Below are positions 45,086 through 54,688 of a stretch of DNA of 64,000 nucleotides, one piece after another. The translations under genes were made by a program, and so were the position numbers. The notes beneath the pieces are model-generated. The model had not been told where the DNA came from, searched no databases, and saw nothing but the letters and a program-made list of their open reading frames with translations. The stretch is from IMG/VR virus record IMGVR_UViG_3300020577_006811, positions 18,195 through 82,194 of that record. One strand, given 5' to 3'. Numbering within the stretch: position 1 is the first letter of the stretch; each line of letters opens with the position of its first letter. The stretch is from a virus. Lineage: Duplodnaviria > Caudoviricetes.

Positions 45086-45751
45086 TCAACGATTATTGCG
45101 TATCCTACGCTGTTGCGCGAGGGCCTTCAGCGTGTTTTCCAAGGTTACCTTGTCGTCGTTGGAGCGCAAGTTTCCTTTTTGCCCGAGCGCGCGTTGCCGG
45201 GATAAGAATTGCGCGGCGGCCTGCAAGGTGCGAAACATTCCGCCGTAGCCGGCCCAGCGCTGGGCCTCCACGGATCGGCCTGGCAGCATCAGGGCGCCGC
45301 TGTCTTCCAGACGCATGGGCGTACCGTCGGCGCGCTGACAGACTTGCAGCACGAACCACTCTATGTCGCGCATGAAGTCGGCGTGCCATTCGGCGCGCAT
45401 TTTTTCCAGAAGCACCTTGGCGTCGCGAATCTCGTCTTGAAGGTCGTCGCGCTTGCGGCCCTTGGGGGCGGCGTCAAAGGTCTGCGTGACCTTCGGGGTC
45501 GCTTCGGCCAGAAGAAACAGCCGCACCAGTTCGCGGGCGGCTTCTTCCAGTTCGGCGGGGATTTGGTTGCGGTAGCGATCCAGCGGCGCGGCGGTCTTGC
45601 GCGCGGCGACGGGGGCTACTGCTTTGCGTTTTGAAGTGGCTGCGGAAATCTGCGCCTGCAGCGCGTGGCGTCGGTCGGGCGCCAAAAGGTCTTCAAGGTC
45701 GATCTGGTCGGGGTGAGAAGATACCGCTTTGTTGGGATCGCGGGCAGCCAC
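45086..45751 (-). CDS. Hypothetical protein, possible transcriptional regulator
   Basis: 221 aa helical; no confident family. Confidence 0.6.
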   Translation of the reverse strand: MAARDPNKAVSSHPDQIDLEDLLAPDRRHALQAQISAATSKRKAVAPVAARKTAAPLDRYRNQIPAELEEAARELVRLFLLAEATPKVTQTFDAAPKGRKRDDLQDEIRDAKVLLEKMRAEWHADFMRDIEWFVLQVCQRADGTPMRLEDSGALMLPGRSVEAQRWAGYGGMFRTLQAAAQFLSRQRALGQKGNLRSNDDKVTLENTLKALAQQRRIRNNR

Positions 45752-45835
45752 AGCATCAACCTCTTGGGTGTTTGCGGCGCCCCCAGGAGCGAGTTGGGGG
45801 CGCCGCGGCTCTCGGAAGGGGCAAGCTGCCGAGAG

Positions 45836-46534
45836 CTATTTGAGAGGAGCGCCGGAGGCCGGGATGGTCGGACCACCGAACGACAGGCTGGCGCGCAGCG
45901 TGACTTCCAGCGCTTCAGGCTTCATCACCAGCCCCGTGGTATTGATATCCGCAGCGTCAAACTTGGTGATGGCGGCCTGAGCGCCAATCTTCAGGTTGTT
46001 GGCAAGGGCGTAATCGGCGCCTGCGCCATAGACAATGCCCTTGAGCGTCGGCATGGACGTTGTTGCCAAACCCGACAAGCTGGTTTCCTGCTGTTTGTAG
46101 CCCAGCAGCACGTAAGGCGAGACCTTACCAGCGGCAAGACCGAGGCGACCACCGATAGACCACGCATCGCCAAGACGTGCCGTCGCGGAACCGCCCGGCG
46201 TAGAGAGCTTGGCGTCAACCTTGCTCCAATCGTAGGCGGCCCAGGCGCCGATGAACCAGGGGCTGCCGGGGAAGAAGACGTCTACGCCCCCATGGACGCC
46301 CCCCAGAAGGCCTTTGGAACCGATGCCGTCAAGTGCGAGGCCTGGGATGATGGTCGGGGCAGAGAGTTCGGTGGTGGCGATGCTGTATCCAGCGTGGAGT
46401 CCGGCGTAGGTGCTGACCGTCTGCGCGCGCGCCTTGGTGGTGGTGGCCGCAAGCGCCAGCGAAACCAGGGCGGCAAGGACAAGGGTACCAAGAACGGCAA
46501 AAGGCGATTTCGAGTCTTGCTTCTGGGTCGTCAT
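45836..46534 (-). CDS. Outer-membrane beta-barrel, Omp25/RopB-like (copy 2)
   Basis: Signal peptide; YAGLHAGY, GGRLG, PYVLLGY, YGAGADY; GGAG SD. Confidence 0.85.
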   Translation of the reverse strand: MTTQKQDSKSPFAVLGTLVLAALVSLALAATTTKARAQTVSTYAGLHAGYSIATTELSAPTIIPGLALDGIGSKGLLGGVHGGVDVFFPGSPWFIGAWAAYDWSKVDAKLSTPGGSATARLGDAWSIGGRLGLAAGKVSPYVLLGYKQQETSLSGLATTSMPTLKGIVYGAGADYALANNLKIGAQAAITKFDAADINTTGLVMKPEALEVTLRASLSFGGPTIPASGAPLK

Positions 46535-46704
46535 AGGTGGGTGTGCTCCGCGTTGAGTTGGGAAGTGCCCAAGGTTCGACGCGGGCAACACAAGGTTGTA
46601 TGCGGCAATAGCCGACGCACCCATAGCACGAAATTTAAGCACGGCCATAGCGTGGCGTTTCAATCCACAACCGCAAAATTGCGCCTCGTGTGGCCTGCGC
46701 GCAT

Positions 46705-47352
46705 CTATTGCGCGATGCGCTTGTTGCGTGCGGCTTTTTGATCTTGCGCTCTGATCAAGTCGCGAACGACATCGGAACGGCTAGGAAATCCGTCAGCATC
46801 TTTGCGCAGTTGATCCAGCACCGCAAGATCATGTGGTGTGAGGCGGATGTTGATTTGCTTCTCTGCTACGCATCTGTTTTCTTGAGTCAATCGTTCCGTG
46901 CGTCGTTGAGCGGCAAGCTGCTGTCTGCCTTCCTGCTCAAGCCTGTAGGCTTCCATTGCCACCCGAGATCTCTGGCTAAGAGGGACGCTTTCAATATTCT
47001 TGCGCCTGATATCTGCATTAGAACACGATGACTTAACGCCTTTAGCTAAGGCGTCTCTCATGTTGTCGCTGTGAGTCCCGATCCAAAGATGGTTTGGATT
47101 GACACAAGACGTCACGTCGCAAGAATGACAAACGAACAAACCTTCCGGAATTTCTCTATTATTTGCAAGAACCCAAGACAACCTGTGCGCAACAAAAGAC
47201 ACACCTCGTGTAGAAAACGAACCGTACGAACGCGCGTTACCAAATAGCCAACAGCTGTCTGGCTCGGCGACATTTACGTTACTCCAAAATTCGAGGACTT
47301 CGCTTTCTGTAAGAAGTCCGTGTATTCTTCGGGTTGAGCGACCAAGCGTCAT
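46705..47352 (-). mobile_element. HNH endonuclease fused to a C-terminal ribbon-helix-helix domain
   Basis: FWSNV...CW...AHRLSW...VCHSCD...CVNPNHL..GTHSDNM; INIRLT...SRSDVVRDLI; AT-rich. Confidence 0.8.
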
Positions 47353-47403
47353 CCACGTAAATCCTGTATTCCCACAGCCAAGCAGCGCTCAGGCAAAGCC
47401 CTA

Positions 47404-47607
47404 TCAATCAATCTTCTTGGCCTCAATGCCGGCCGCAAGGATCTCGCGGATTACCGCAGAGCGGTCGGGCGCGTCGGCGCGCGCACCACGGTAGGCGTCA
47501 ATTCTTTTGATGATTCCCGGCGGCACACGCACGTGAATCAGCACGAACTTGTCTTCGTCAAGCTTTGGCGGACGCCCCATGGACGACTTTCTCTTCGTGG
47601 CTCGCAT
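47404..47607 (-). CDS. Ribbon-helix-helix (Arc/CopG-like) regulator
   Basis: GRPP...IHVRVP...IDAYR...DRSAVIREIL. Confidence 0.8.
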   Translation of the reverse strand: MRATKRKSSMGRPPKLDEDKFVLIHVRVPPGIIKRIDAYRGARADAPDRSAVIREILAAGIEAKKID

Positions 47608-47664
47608 GGTTTTTTATACCAGTGGCGCCCCAATGCACGCAAGGGCACAAAAATGATTTAATAG

Positions 47665-47673
47665 TTATCCACA
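47665..47673 (+). promoter_or_regulatory. Perfect DnaA box
   Basis: TTATCCACA in a divergent intergenic region. Confidence 0.65.
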
Positions 47674-47699
47674 CCCATCGGGGCAGTTGCAAAGGTCCG

Positions 47700-47741
47700 T
47701 TGACTTTTCCGAACACACAAAGTAGTTAAGAAACCGTTAAC
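47700..47741 (+). promoter_or_regulatory. Sigma70-type promoter overlapped by a CtrA box
   Basis: TTGACT-N17-TAGTTA; TTAA-GAAACCG-TTAAC at 47726-47741. Confidence 0.65.
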
Positions 47742-47759
47742 GCAGCGACGGAGAGGCCA

Positions 47760-48017
47760 ATGTCTAACGTAACCCAGATCCGCGGCAACAAGGCAGTCGA
47801 GATTATCCGGGCCATGGTGCGGGACTGGCAGAATTCTGGGCTGACGGCCCAGGATATGCTGGACGAGGCATGCGAGCGGGCGTTGCGGGAAGGCATCGTT
47901 ACCCAGGCCGACTTGAAGGCGTGGGCTGACGAGGAAGCAGACAAGGCACGAGAGCAGCGGCGGCAGGAGCGGTGGAGCGAAACCTACCCATTCCAGCCGA
48001 TCCCCCCTTGGAGGTGA
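47760..48017 (+). CDS. Hypothetical protein
   Basis: GGAGAGG SD; 85 aa. Confidence 0.7.
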   Translation: MSNVTQIRGNKAVEIIRAMVRDWQNSGLTAQDMLDEACERALREGIVTQADLKAWADEEADKAREQRRQERWSETYPFQPIPPWR

Positions 48018-48147
48018 ACATGCACGCGTGGTCTCGCGGCGATACCGCCGAAGCGTTTGCGGCCCGCATTCGCGGGTTCTGAGTTCTGTCAGTAGCGTTG
48101 GTTGCGTTGAGTGGTGCTTGCGTACAAACGGAAGGGGCAAGCTTCCA

Positions 48148-48300
48148 ATGACGACCATCTATTTCATCGCAATCGCAATCCTTATCGGCGTTGGCGTGCT
48201 GTGCGCCATGGCCTTCATTGTGATGGTGATCGAGGCCATCTCGGAGTGGCGCGACGAACGCCGCGAGAAGCAGCAAATAATAGCCTCAATCAGCGCATAA
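48148..48300 (+). CDS. Small single-TM protein
   Basis: IYFIAIAILIGVGVLCAMAFIVMVI then charged tail. Confidence 0.6.
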   Translation: MTTIYFIAIAILIGVGVLCAMAFIVMVIEAISEWRDERREKQQIIASISA

Positions 48301-48313
48301 GGAGGGAGCCACC

Positions 48314-48472
48314 ATGTCAGTAGCGGGAGTTACCCTTATGCAAGTCCGAGTGAGTCAGAACGGCCTTGAAGTGCGTGATGCGCTGAGCGGCCAGTGGCGG
48401 GCGCCGAGTGTTTTCGAGTTTGACGGCGCCCTTGGCGACGCCGTGCGCGAGCAGCGCAGGCGCGCGGGCTGA
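48314..48472 (+). CDS. Hypothetical protein (52 aa)
   Basis: GGAGGG SD; MSVAGVTLMQVRV... Confidence 0.55.
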   Translation: MSVAGVTLMQVRVSQNGLEVRDALSGQWRAPSVFEFDGALGDAVREQRRRAG

Positions 48473-48497
48473 GCGGGCCCGTTGAATTGCCGGCTGT

Positions 48498-48758
48498 GTG
48501 CTCATGCGCCAGCCGGCCCCACCCTTCGTATTGCGTCCCCGTGTTGCGTCAGAGGAGTTTTGCGTCGTGGTTCCAAAGCGTCTTGATTGGAATGCCGTTC
48601 GGCTGCGTTTAGGCCAGTTTCCGCATCTGCCGTTCCGGATTGTCAATTTCCGCGGCAAGCAGATGCTGGGAAAGGGCACGGCCATCGTGGCGACGACGCC
48701 CTATGCGGCGCTCGCCTGTATCGATGCGTACCAGTTGGAGTTGCGTTCGGTGGCGTAA
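48498..48758 (+). CDS. Hypothetical protein
   Basis: 86 aa, in operon. Confidence 0.5.
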   Translation: MLMRQPAPPFVLRPRVASEEFCVVVPKRLDWNAVRLRLGQFPHLPFRIVNFRGKQMLGKGTAIVATTPYAALACIDAYQLELRSVA

Positions 48759-48825
48759 CGAGTCGGTAACCAGTTGCGTGGTAGCGTAAGGCGTCACGCT
48801 CGCAAAGGTCTCGCGTTCGAGTGGC

Positions 48826-48864
48826 GGCCGGTGAAGGGGACAAGACCTTCACCGGCCCTCTTTT
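48826..48864 (+). terminator. Probable terminator
   Basis: GGCCGGTGAAGG-N8-CCTTCACCGGCC followed by CTCTTTT. Confidence 0.75.
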
Positions 48865-48900
48865 GTGTCCAACCCATCCGATCAAAGAAAGGAAGTCCAC

Positions 48901-50043
48901 ATGACTTGGCTTAGCACAAGACGTTCACTCGGGGCAATCGTTCTCGGGGGCGCCCTCTTCGTTGGCGCCATCTGCATTCTGTTCTGGCGGTTCATTGCCG
49001 CCTGGAGTTTGCAAGGGTTCAGTCAGTTCCAGCTCTACACCCTCATGTCGCTGGGGATCGCGTACGCGTCGGGACACTTCATGGTCAGTTCGGCCAAAAA
49101 GACCGTTGCCGGCGTCTTGTTCCCTATTGGCTTTGCGTGTCTCTTCGCCGTGGCCACCTGGGTCTGCGTCAGCCTGTCGGGCGCCAGCACCTCGGAGAGC
49201 TTCGCGATGAACGAAAGTTCCGCGCTGGCTGAAAACGCCAAGATCGAACGCCACAAGGCTAAGATCGCGGAAGCCAACGCCGAGCGCGCCCGAGCCAAAG
49301 AGGCTCTGGACGCTGCGGAGACCACTGCGGCGCTGCGGGATGCCGAAGCGGCTACGGAATGCGCCTCGGGCGTCAAACTTCGGTGCGAGGGGCGCCGCTC
49401 AACGGCGGCGGCGGCCAAGGCCGAAGTGGAACGCAAGCAGATCCAGTCACGCCAGGCCGACAACGACTACTGGGTGTTGCTGGCCGAACTGGATCGGTTC
49501 TCCATGCCGAAGGTCGCCAACGTTCAGTTGCGTCAGGTGGCGAAGGCAATTGCGTTTGCCGGCTATGACGAGAACCGCGTTCTGGAAGGGCTGTTGCTGT
49601 ACCTGCCGTATGCGTTTGCGCTTCTCACCGAGGCCGGCAGCATCCTGTCGTTTGCGTATGGGTTCGGGGCGCGAACCAACGTCATAGTTGTGACGCCGGC
49701 CAACCTTGCTGGCGTTGTGAAGGAAATGGGTCAAGCCGCCCAAGCCGCAGCAACAGATCTTGCGCGTTCCGTTGCTTTCTTGCCGTCGGCTGCGTCCATG
49801 GAAAGCAAGCCATCCCAGCCGCGGAAACTGGAAATCGTCCGGAAAGCCAGAACCTCGGACGAACAGCACGTGCTGGACGCCTTGGACAAGGCCGGGCGCC
49901 CACTAAGCTGCGAGGAACTGGCCGAAGCGATGTCGGTGTCACCGTCGGAAAGCACCAAGCGCCGGCAGGTGTGTGAAGCCAGCGGGGTCGTCAAGACCCA
50001 GCGCGTCGGCAAGTACCTGATGGTGTCGCCAGCCGTCGCCTAA
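48901..50043 (+). CDS. Membrane protein: TM bundle + coiled coil + TM + C-terminal winged HTH
   Basis: AAGGAAG SD; VLDAL...PLSCEELAEAMSVS.SE..KR wHTH. Confidence 0.75.
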   Translation: MTWLSTRRSLGAIVLGGALFVGAICILFWRFIAAWSLQGFSQFQLYTLMSLGIAYASGHFMVSSAKKTVAGVLFPIGFACLFAVATWVCVSLSGASTSESFAMNESSALAENAKIERHKAKIAEANAERARAKEALDAAETTAALRDAEAATECASGVKLRCEGRRSTAAAAKAEVERKQIQSRQADNDYWVLLAELDRFSMPKVANVQLRQVAKAIAFAGYDENRVLEGLLLYLPYAFALLTEAGSILSFAYGFGARTNVIVVTPANLAGVVKEMGQAAQAAATDLARSVAFLPSAASMESKPSQPRKLEIVRKARTSDEQHVLDALDKAGRPLSCEELAEAMSVSPSESTKRRQVCEASGVVKTQRVGKYLMVSPAVA

Positions 50044-50052
50044 ATTGGCGGG

Positions 50053-50346
50053 TTATGCGTCGGGCCCTCGCGGGGAACTGCGGGGGCCTTTTGCTTTCCA
50101 TTTGAAGCAGGCTGCGTCACCCGGCTTGATCTCCGGCCTTGGCATCTGGGCCCAACGCTTGCGCATCAGGCCGCAGCGGGTGGTGGTGCGCGTCAGGTGC
50201 AAGGTGACGAAGTGCGCGCACGTCTTGCAGACTTGGTCGGCAGGGCCGCTGCCGGGATTCCAGGCGTGCCCTGAGGGTTTGGGTTTCGGCTTGGGAACGG
50301 GCGGCACCTGCCCAAACAAGTCCCTCACGGCTGGTTGCTCAGCCAT
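50053..50346 (-). CDS. Cys-rich hypothetical protein
   Basis: CKTCAH...RCGL...AACFKW. Confidence 0.65.
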   Translation of the reverse strand: MAEQPAVRDLFGQVPPVPKPKPKPSGHAWNPGSGPADQVCKTCAHFVTLHLTRTTTRCGLMRKRWAQMPRPEIKPGDAACFKWKAKGPRSSPRGPDA

Positions 50347-50467
50347 ATCAGCATGATCGCTGCTCCCGTGGCCACGCCGACCGTGAACACGATCATGTTG
50401 GCCAGTAGGAAGCCGAAGCGGCGCACAATCAGTGTCATTTTTTTATCGTCATGACCATCCTCGGAGG

Positions 50468-51127
50468 CTACGCCTTGTTATCAGATTTGTAGAGGCCTTT
50501 TCCGCACGTTGGCGCAAGAACGGGCACTGTCATAGCATTGTCCACGCTCCAACCAGCCAGGATACGGGCATTTATTCGCTGCCATGGATGGCCCGTTATT
50601 TCGGCCCATTCCGCTAATGTTTTAATTGTTCCGTTCCACTCAACTAATCTGTTGTTACCACGATTCCTTGATTGCTCTTTCTTCGTTGCCCACCGACAAT
50701 TGTCAGGACTATACGGCCCGTCGTTATCTATGCGATCTAGAGAATGTTGAGGTGTTGGCCTAGGCCCCATGTCGCTTAAAAAAGCAAAGAAATCGTTCCA
50801 CCTCTCGCACACTGTTATGCCGCGTTCTCCATACCTTTTGAGACGTGGGTTCGCACACCGTCCTTTCATTGCATTCCACGCAACGTATTCGGGAGATGGG
50901 TTCTTAGATGCTCCGTGTTTGATTTTTGAGCATCCACAACTCTTCACCAGAAGATTGTCCCCATACGCAATATCACGCAAGCATCTAAAGACCTTGATTA
51001 CACCGCAATCGCAACGGCATTTGATTGACTCTGCCAGCCCCCTTGTTTTTTCAAGGGTGACCAGTCTCCCAAACCGAGTCCCTACTGGCAAATCTCTATG
51101 TTTTCCCTTGATTTTCTTGACGCTCAT
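50468..51127 (-). mobile_element. HNH-type homing endonuclease
   Basis: RFGRLV, CRCDCG, KSCGC, YGERGITVCERW, SLDRIDNDGPYSPDNCRWAT; AT-rich. Confidence 0.88.
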
Positions 51128-51128
51128 G

Positions 51129-51374
51129 TTAGTTCGCCGTCTTGGATCCAAATGTTGCGTGACATTCCATAGAAGCGCTTAACGCCTCCCACTCCCGAAT
51201 CGCCGCCTGGATGTCGTTCAGTTTCTTAAGACAAATCTCCACTGTTATTTCTTCATCATCGTCGTCGTACGTGCAATTTTCTGGCGCACACAACCTCATC
51301 ATGGTTTGTGTCCAGCCGTCTCTAAGAATGTAAAGATCAAATATCCCTATCACCAATTCTCTCTGGTGGGTCAT
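51129..51374 (-). CDS. Hypothetical protein in the AT-rich insert
   Basis: 81 aa, acidic. Confidence 0.4.
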   Translation of the reverse strand: MTHQRELVIGIFDLYILRDGWTQTMMRLCAPENCTYDDDDEEITVEICLKKLNDIQAAIREWEALSASMECHATFGSKTAN

Positions 51375-51820
51375 GCGGCATCATCCATATGTTCTTTGAG
51401 AACCCAAACACGTTGCGGCCTGCCACGTGATCCAGTGGGGCGCCACTCGCCGGTCTGCACCCATCCCGTCACAAACACGGCTCCCATGATGCGGCGCTCC
51501 GCGATTTGCAAGCGCTTGTGCATGACGGGGTCGTCGCGTTCAAGGGCCGTGATCACGTCGGCGGAAGTGATACCACCAGAACGCTCCCGCGCAATCTTGT
51601 GAGCAACCTCCCGAAGCTTTTTAACTAGTTCTTTGTTTTTCTCTTCCAACAGAGGCAGCACTTCCTCACGGAACACGTCAGTTGTTTGCGTCACGGTTTC
51701 TTTCTCCGGTTCTACGATCTTTTCAACGATGATGACCTTGCGTGGCTTCGGCATGAACACCGCGAGGAAGGTGCCGGCGGCCAGAGCCGCCAGCGCCCAC
51801 CAATACTCAGGCGGCGGCAT
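51371..51820 (-). CDS. Hypothetical protein with N-terminal TM
   Basis: WWALAALAAGTFLAVF. Confidence 0.65.
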   Translation of the reverse strand: MPPPEYWWALAALAAGTFLAVFMPKPRKVIIVEKIVEPEKETVTQTTDVFREEVLPLLEEKNKELVKKLREVAHKIARERSGGITSADVITALERDDPVMHKRLQIAERRIMGAVFVTGWVQTGEWRPTGSRGRPQRVWVLKEHMDDAA

Positions 51821-52266
51821 CAGGTTTCCAACCCCACCATGCGCATCAGCCGCAGGTTGGCGGCCTCTGTGCGCGCCCAGATGCGGCGGCGCGACCAGGC
51901 CATCCAGATCCCCCAGCGGTGCTCCGGCTGCGGGTTGCGAATGGCGCGCTGAAACGCCTTCTCAGGCATGTGATGCTTCGCGACGTTACACGGAGCGCAG
52001 GCCGCCGAAACATTTTCCGAGCTGGTCATGCCGCCGTTTTTCTTCGCCACCCGATGATCCGCTGTCGCTTGCCGCAATGTGATGGGCTCGGCGCAGTACT
52101 TACATCGTCGGCTCTGCGCGCGCCAAGCGTCGGCGCGGTGGATCTTGAGCCAGAAGCGCTCCTGCCGGAGCGGTGCGGAAAGACCTTCGGGGTGTTGTGC
52201 TGCGATCACCTTGTTGCGGCGCGTGCCCATGGGAAGCCTGATGGCTTGGGGTTGAGGAGAACGCAC
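51820..52266 (-). CDS. HNH endonuclease (NinG-like position)
   Basis: CKYC...TADHRVAKKNGG...ACAPCNVAK. Confidence 0.8.
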   Translation of the reverse strand: MRSPQPQAIRLPMGTRRNKVIAAQHPEGLSAPLRQERFWLKIHRADAWRAQSRRCKYCAEPITLRQATADHRVAKKNGGMTSSENVSAACAPCNVAKHHMPEKAFQRAIRNPQPEHRWGIWMAWSRRRIWARTEAANLRLMRMVGLET

Positions 52267-52268
52267 TA

Positions 52269-52484
52269 CTATCGGAGGCGTAACAATCCCTCAGTTGGCA
52301 TGAGCGTGTCCAGATCCGCGTGCAAAGCCTGCACAGAAACTGCGGGCCTGTGGAAAGTAAAATCGGCGTAGCAGGCTGCGGTGCAGAAGTGCGCATGCAT
52401 TCCATGGGCATCGTTCACGACGACGCGGCGCTCGCCAAGCTTGGTGCTGCACTGACGGCAGTGGGTCGGTTGACGTTTGCTCAC
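52269..52484 (-). CDS. Small zinc-finger protein (GTG start)
   Basis: CRQC...FCTAAC; GTGA overlap with upstream gene. Confidence 0.5.
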   Translation of the reverse strand: MSKRQPTHCRQCSTKLGERRVVVNDAHGMHAHFCTAACYADFTFHRPAVSVQALHADLDTLMPTEGLLRLR

Positions 52485-52717
52485 GCCGCCCTCCGAACGC
52501 CGATGGCCGCCAGTTCCTTGTCCGACAGCGTGGCGGTGGCGTTCTGAAAGCTCTGCTCCAGAAAATGATACCGCCGTCGCGCCTGATGCAACGCGCTCTT
52601 GCAAGCGCGCTGTTCCGTCCACGTGCCAGACCCCGCGACCGTCTCCAGGTCCTCAATAGCCGCCGCCAGAGTAGCCCGCTCCTGCGCCAATTCCAGAATA
52701 TGATCCCTCATCCCCAT
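52481..52717 (-). CDS. Hypothetical coiled-coil protein
   Basis: 78 aa; follows the helicase-loader-like gene. Confidence 0.6.
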   Translation of the reverse strand: MGMRDHILELAQERATLAAAIEDLETVAGSGTWTEQRACKSALHQARRRYHFLEQSFQNATATLSDKELAAIGVRRAA

Positions 52718-52721
52718 ACAG

Positions 52722-53288
52722 TCAGTCCTTCTTCTGCCGCACGATGAGATCCCGCAGTTCGCGCGAGACCGCAAACTCACGGGCGATGGAGCTTTCCCGC
52801 AAGCGCTGTTCCCAAGCAGGCTTCGTGCTCGCATTCCAATCAATCTTCGCGTTCGTGGACTTCATGGCTTCCGCGGCACGTTCCTTGTCGCGTTGCTTCC
52901 AGCCTTCCAGCAAATCCTTGACCATGGTGTCTACCGCAGCCTTGGCGTCCTTAGTTGGTTTGGCGGGAGGCGCCAACCGCTGTTGATTTGCCGGTGCGCT
53001 GAGGGCTGCGCGATTATCCCGCTCCTCCGCGACAGCGCGCACCACTTCGCGGCATTCACCGATGGTCGGCCAGAATGGCTTGGTGTTGCGATCGATGATC
53101 CGGCTTACGGCGGCGTCCAACAGGTCCGGATCAACGGCCGACAACGAGCGCGCGTATTCGGCGTTGAACAGATCTACATTTCCAGCAGGGGGAGGGCCGT
53201 ACAACTGGGAAAATCGATAGAGAAGTTTTCTGACGTGCGTTGGGATAGCCGGCCGCCCCGGACCATTAGCTTCGTACTCGTTAGTCAT
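52722..53288 (-). CDS. Helicase loader/inhibitor-like replication protein (G39P-like)
   Basis: Y...L...D..LL..AV..II.....FWPTIGECR; follows the initiator. Confidence 0.65.
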   Translation of the reverse strand: MTNEYEANGPGRPAIPTHVRKLLYRFSQLYGPPPAGNVDLFNAEYARSLSAVDPDLLDAAVSRIIDRNTKPFWPTIGECREVVRAVAEERDNRAALSAPANQQRLAPPAKPTKDAKAAVDTMVKDLLEGWKQRDKERAAEAMKSTNAKIDWNASTKPAWEQRLRESSIAREFAVSRELRDLIVRQKKD

Positions 53289-54223
53289 GACCAGTTCCTC
53301 AAAAGACTATCTTGGTATTCGCGGGTTTCATCGTTGCGTCGTTCGCGTGCAGTCTTGTATTGCGCTGTGTTCGCTGGCAGTTTGTTGTTGCTTCGTTGCG
53401 CATGATCTCCACACTTCATGGCAAATACTTTCCATGGGTTTGTGTAATTCTTCCTGCTATTCTTTGCTATCCGCATGTCAAGGAACGCCATGCGAACAAC
53501 TTCTTCTCCAAAGTCGGCCAATACTTCTTTCAAGTTCTTTGAAGCTGTTTCGTAGTCGGGGGCAAACGGTGAAATCCACTCTGCAAGGGTTTTTATCGCC
53601 TCTGCATGGTCCAAACCTAAGCTAGCCCGCTCGCGCGGTCTAACCTCTACGCTAGCAGGTAGACTCTTCCTTCTTTCTTCTTCTGTATCTGTATCTGACT
53701 CTAAAGACGCGCGCGCGTACGGCGCCTGCGGCGGCAGCCGGTCATTGATTTCAATGACGTTTTTTTTCACTAACTCTTGTTCAACTCCAGTTGAACGCGG
53801 TTTATTAGGCCGTTCATCGGCAGTTAGTTCGGAGTTAGTCAGACGTTCCGCGCGCATTTCCTTCGACTTCCGCCGCTCCGCAAGTTCTTCATCGGCGCGT
53901 TGGTTGCTCAGGCAACCGTCTGCCGTAACGTAAAGCTTGCCGGCGTTCAGAAGCGCGGCGCGAACGCGGTTCCATGTGCGGGTAGACACGTGCAGTTCGT
54001 GCGCAATGGAGTCGCTCTTGTCGGGGAGTGGCCGCCCAAGAATGAAGATCATGTCCACAATGTCGCTGTAGGCGCCGCGTTCTTCCAAGGTTAGAGCGCG
54101 CGTCCCATCATGGAAATCCCGAGGGTACCTCTTGTACCAAGCATCTTCTTGTTGAGTATTTCTCTGCCGTTGCTTTCCGGGCTTGCTTTGCGCAGCAGGT
54201 TGCTGTACCGACTTTGCGTTCAC
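53285..54223 (-). CDS. Replication initiator, DUF1376/YdaU family (likely GTG start 54223)
   Basis: WYKRYPRDF..GT..LTLEERGAY..I.D; LSNQRADEEL; GGAG SD. Confidence 0.85.
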   Translation of the reverse strand: MNAKSVQQPAAQSKPGKQRQRNTQQEDAWYKRYPRDFHDGTRALTLEERGAYSDIVDMIFILGRPLPDKSDSIAHELHVSTRTWNRVRAALLNAGKLYVTADGCLSNQRADEELAERRKSKEMRAERLTNSELTADERPNKPRSTGVEQELVKKNVIEINDRLPPQAPYARASLESDTDTEEERRKSLPASVEVRPRERASLGLDHAEAIKTLAEWISPFAPDYETASKNLKEVLADFGEEVVRMAFLDMRIAKNSRKNYTNPWKVFAMKCGDHAQRSNNKLPANTAQYKTARERRNDETREYQDSLLRNWS

Positions 54224-54414
54224 GGTGCTTCTCCGTTGGTCAAACGCTTGGCACTGACGCAAACTTCTAGGCCCTCGGGAGTGACAGCTCCGCGAGGGCC
54301 TTAGTTTTAGGACGGGTTTCTTGCTGTCGGCAACTGAGGCTTTTGCTTTCCGCCGCAGAAACTCACGCATTCCACAAGGTAGGATGCGGTGGGTGGCGCC
54401 AATGCCACATAGAG

Positions 54415-54687
54415 TCAGAGCGGCCGGAACGTCTTGCTCGCGTCATCGAACACGAACGCCTGGATCTTGTAGGGCACGGGCTTGACGACCTCCAGCGCCC
54501 GCGCGCGGTTGCGCAGTCGCCGGATGTGCCCCTGCGCCTCCAATGCCTTCAGCAACTTATGCGCATGGCTCTTGCTGCGAAGGCCGAGGGCGGCAATGAT
54601 GTCGGTGAAACTGGGGGCAACGCCGCCGCTGTCGTCCAGATACTCCTGAATGAACAGCAGACACCGCCTCTGGCGTTCCGTCAGCAT
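54415..54687 (-). CDS. Stand-alone LexA N-terminal DNA-binding domain
   Basis: LTERQ...FIQEY....GVAPSF.DI...LGLRSKSHAH..L.ALE..GHIRR..NRARALEV; no S24 domain. Confidence 0.85.
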   Translation of the reverse strand: MLTERQRRCLLFIQEYLDDSGGVAPSFTDIIAALGLRSKSHAHKLLKALEAQGHIRRLRNRARALEVVKPVPYKIQAFVFDDASKTFRPL

Positions 54688-54688
54688 T

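Noticed and set aside
53760-53845. Replication-origin iterons inside the initiator gene
   Set aside because: Only short AGTTAGT/ACTAACT repeats in an AT-rich patch; too few and too short to support a call
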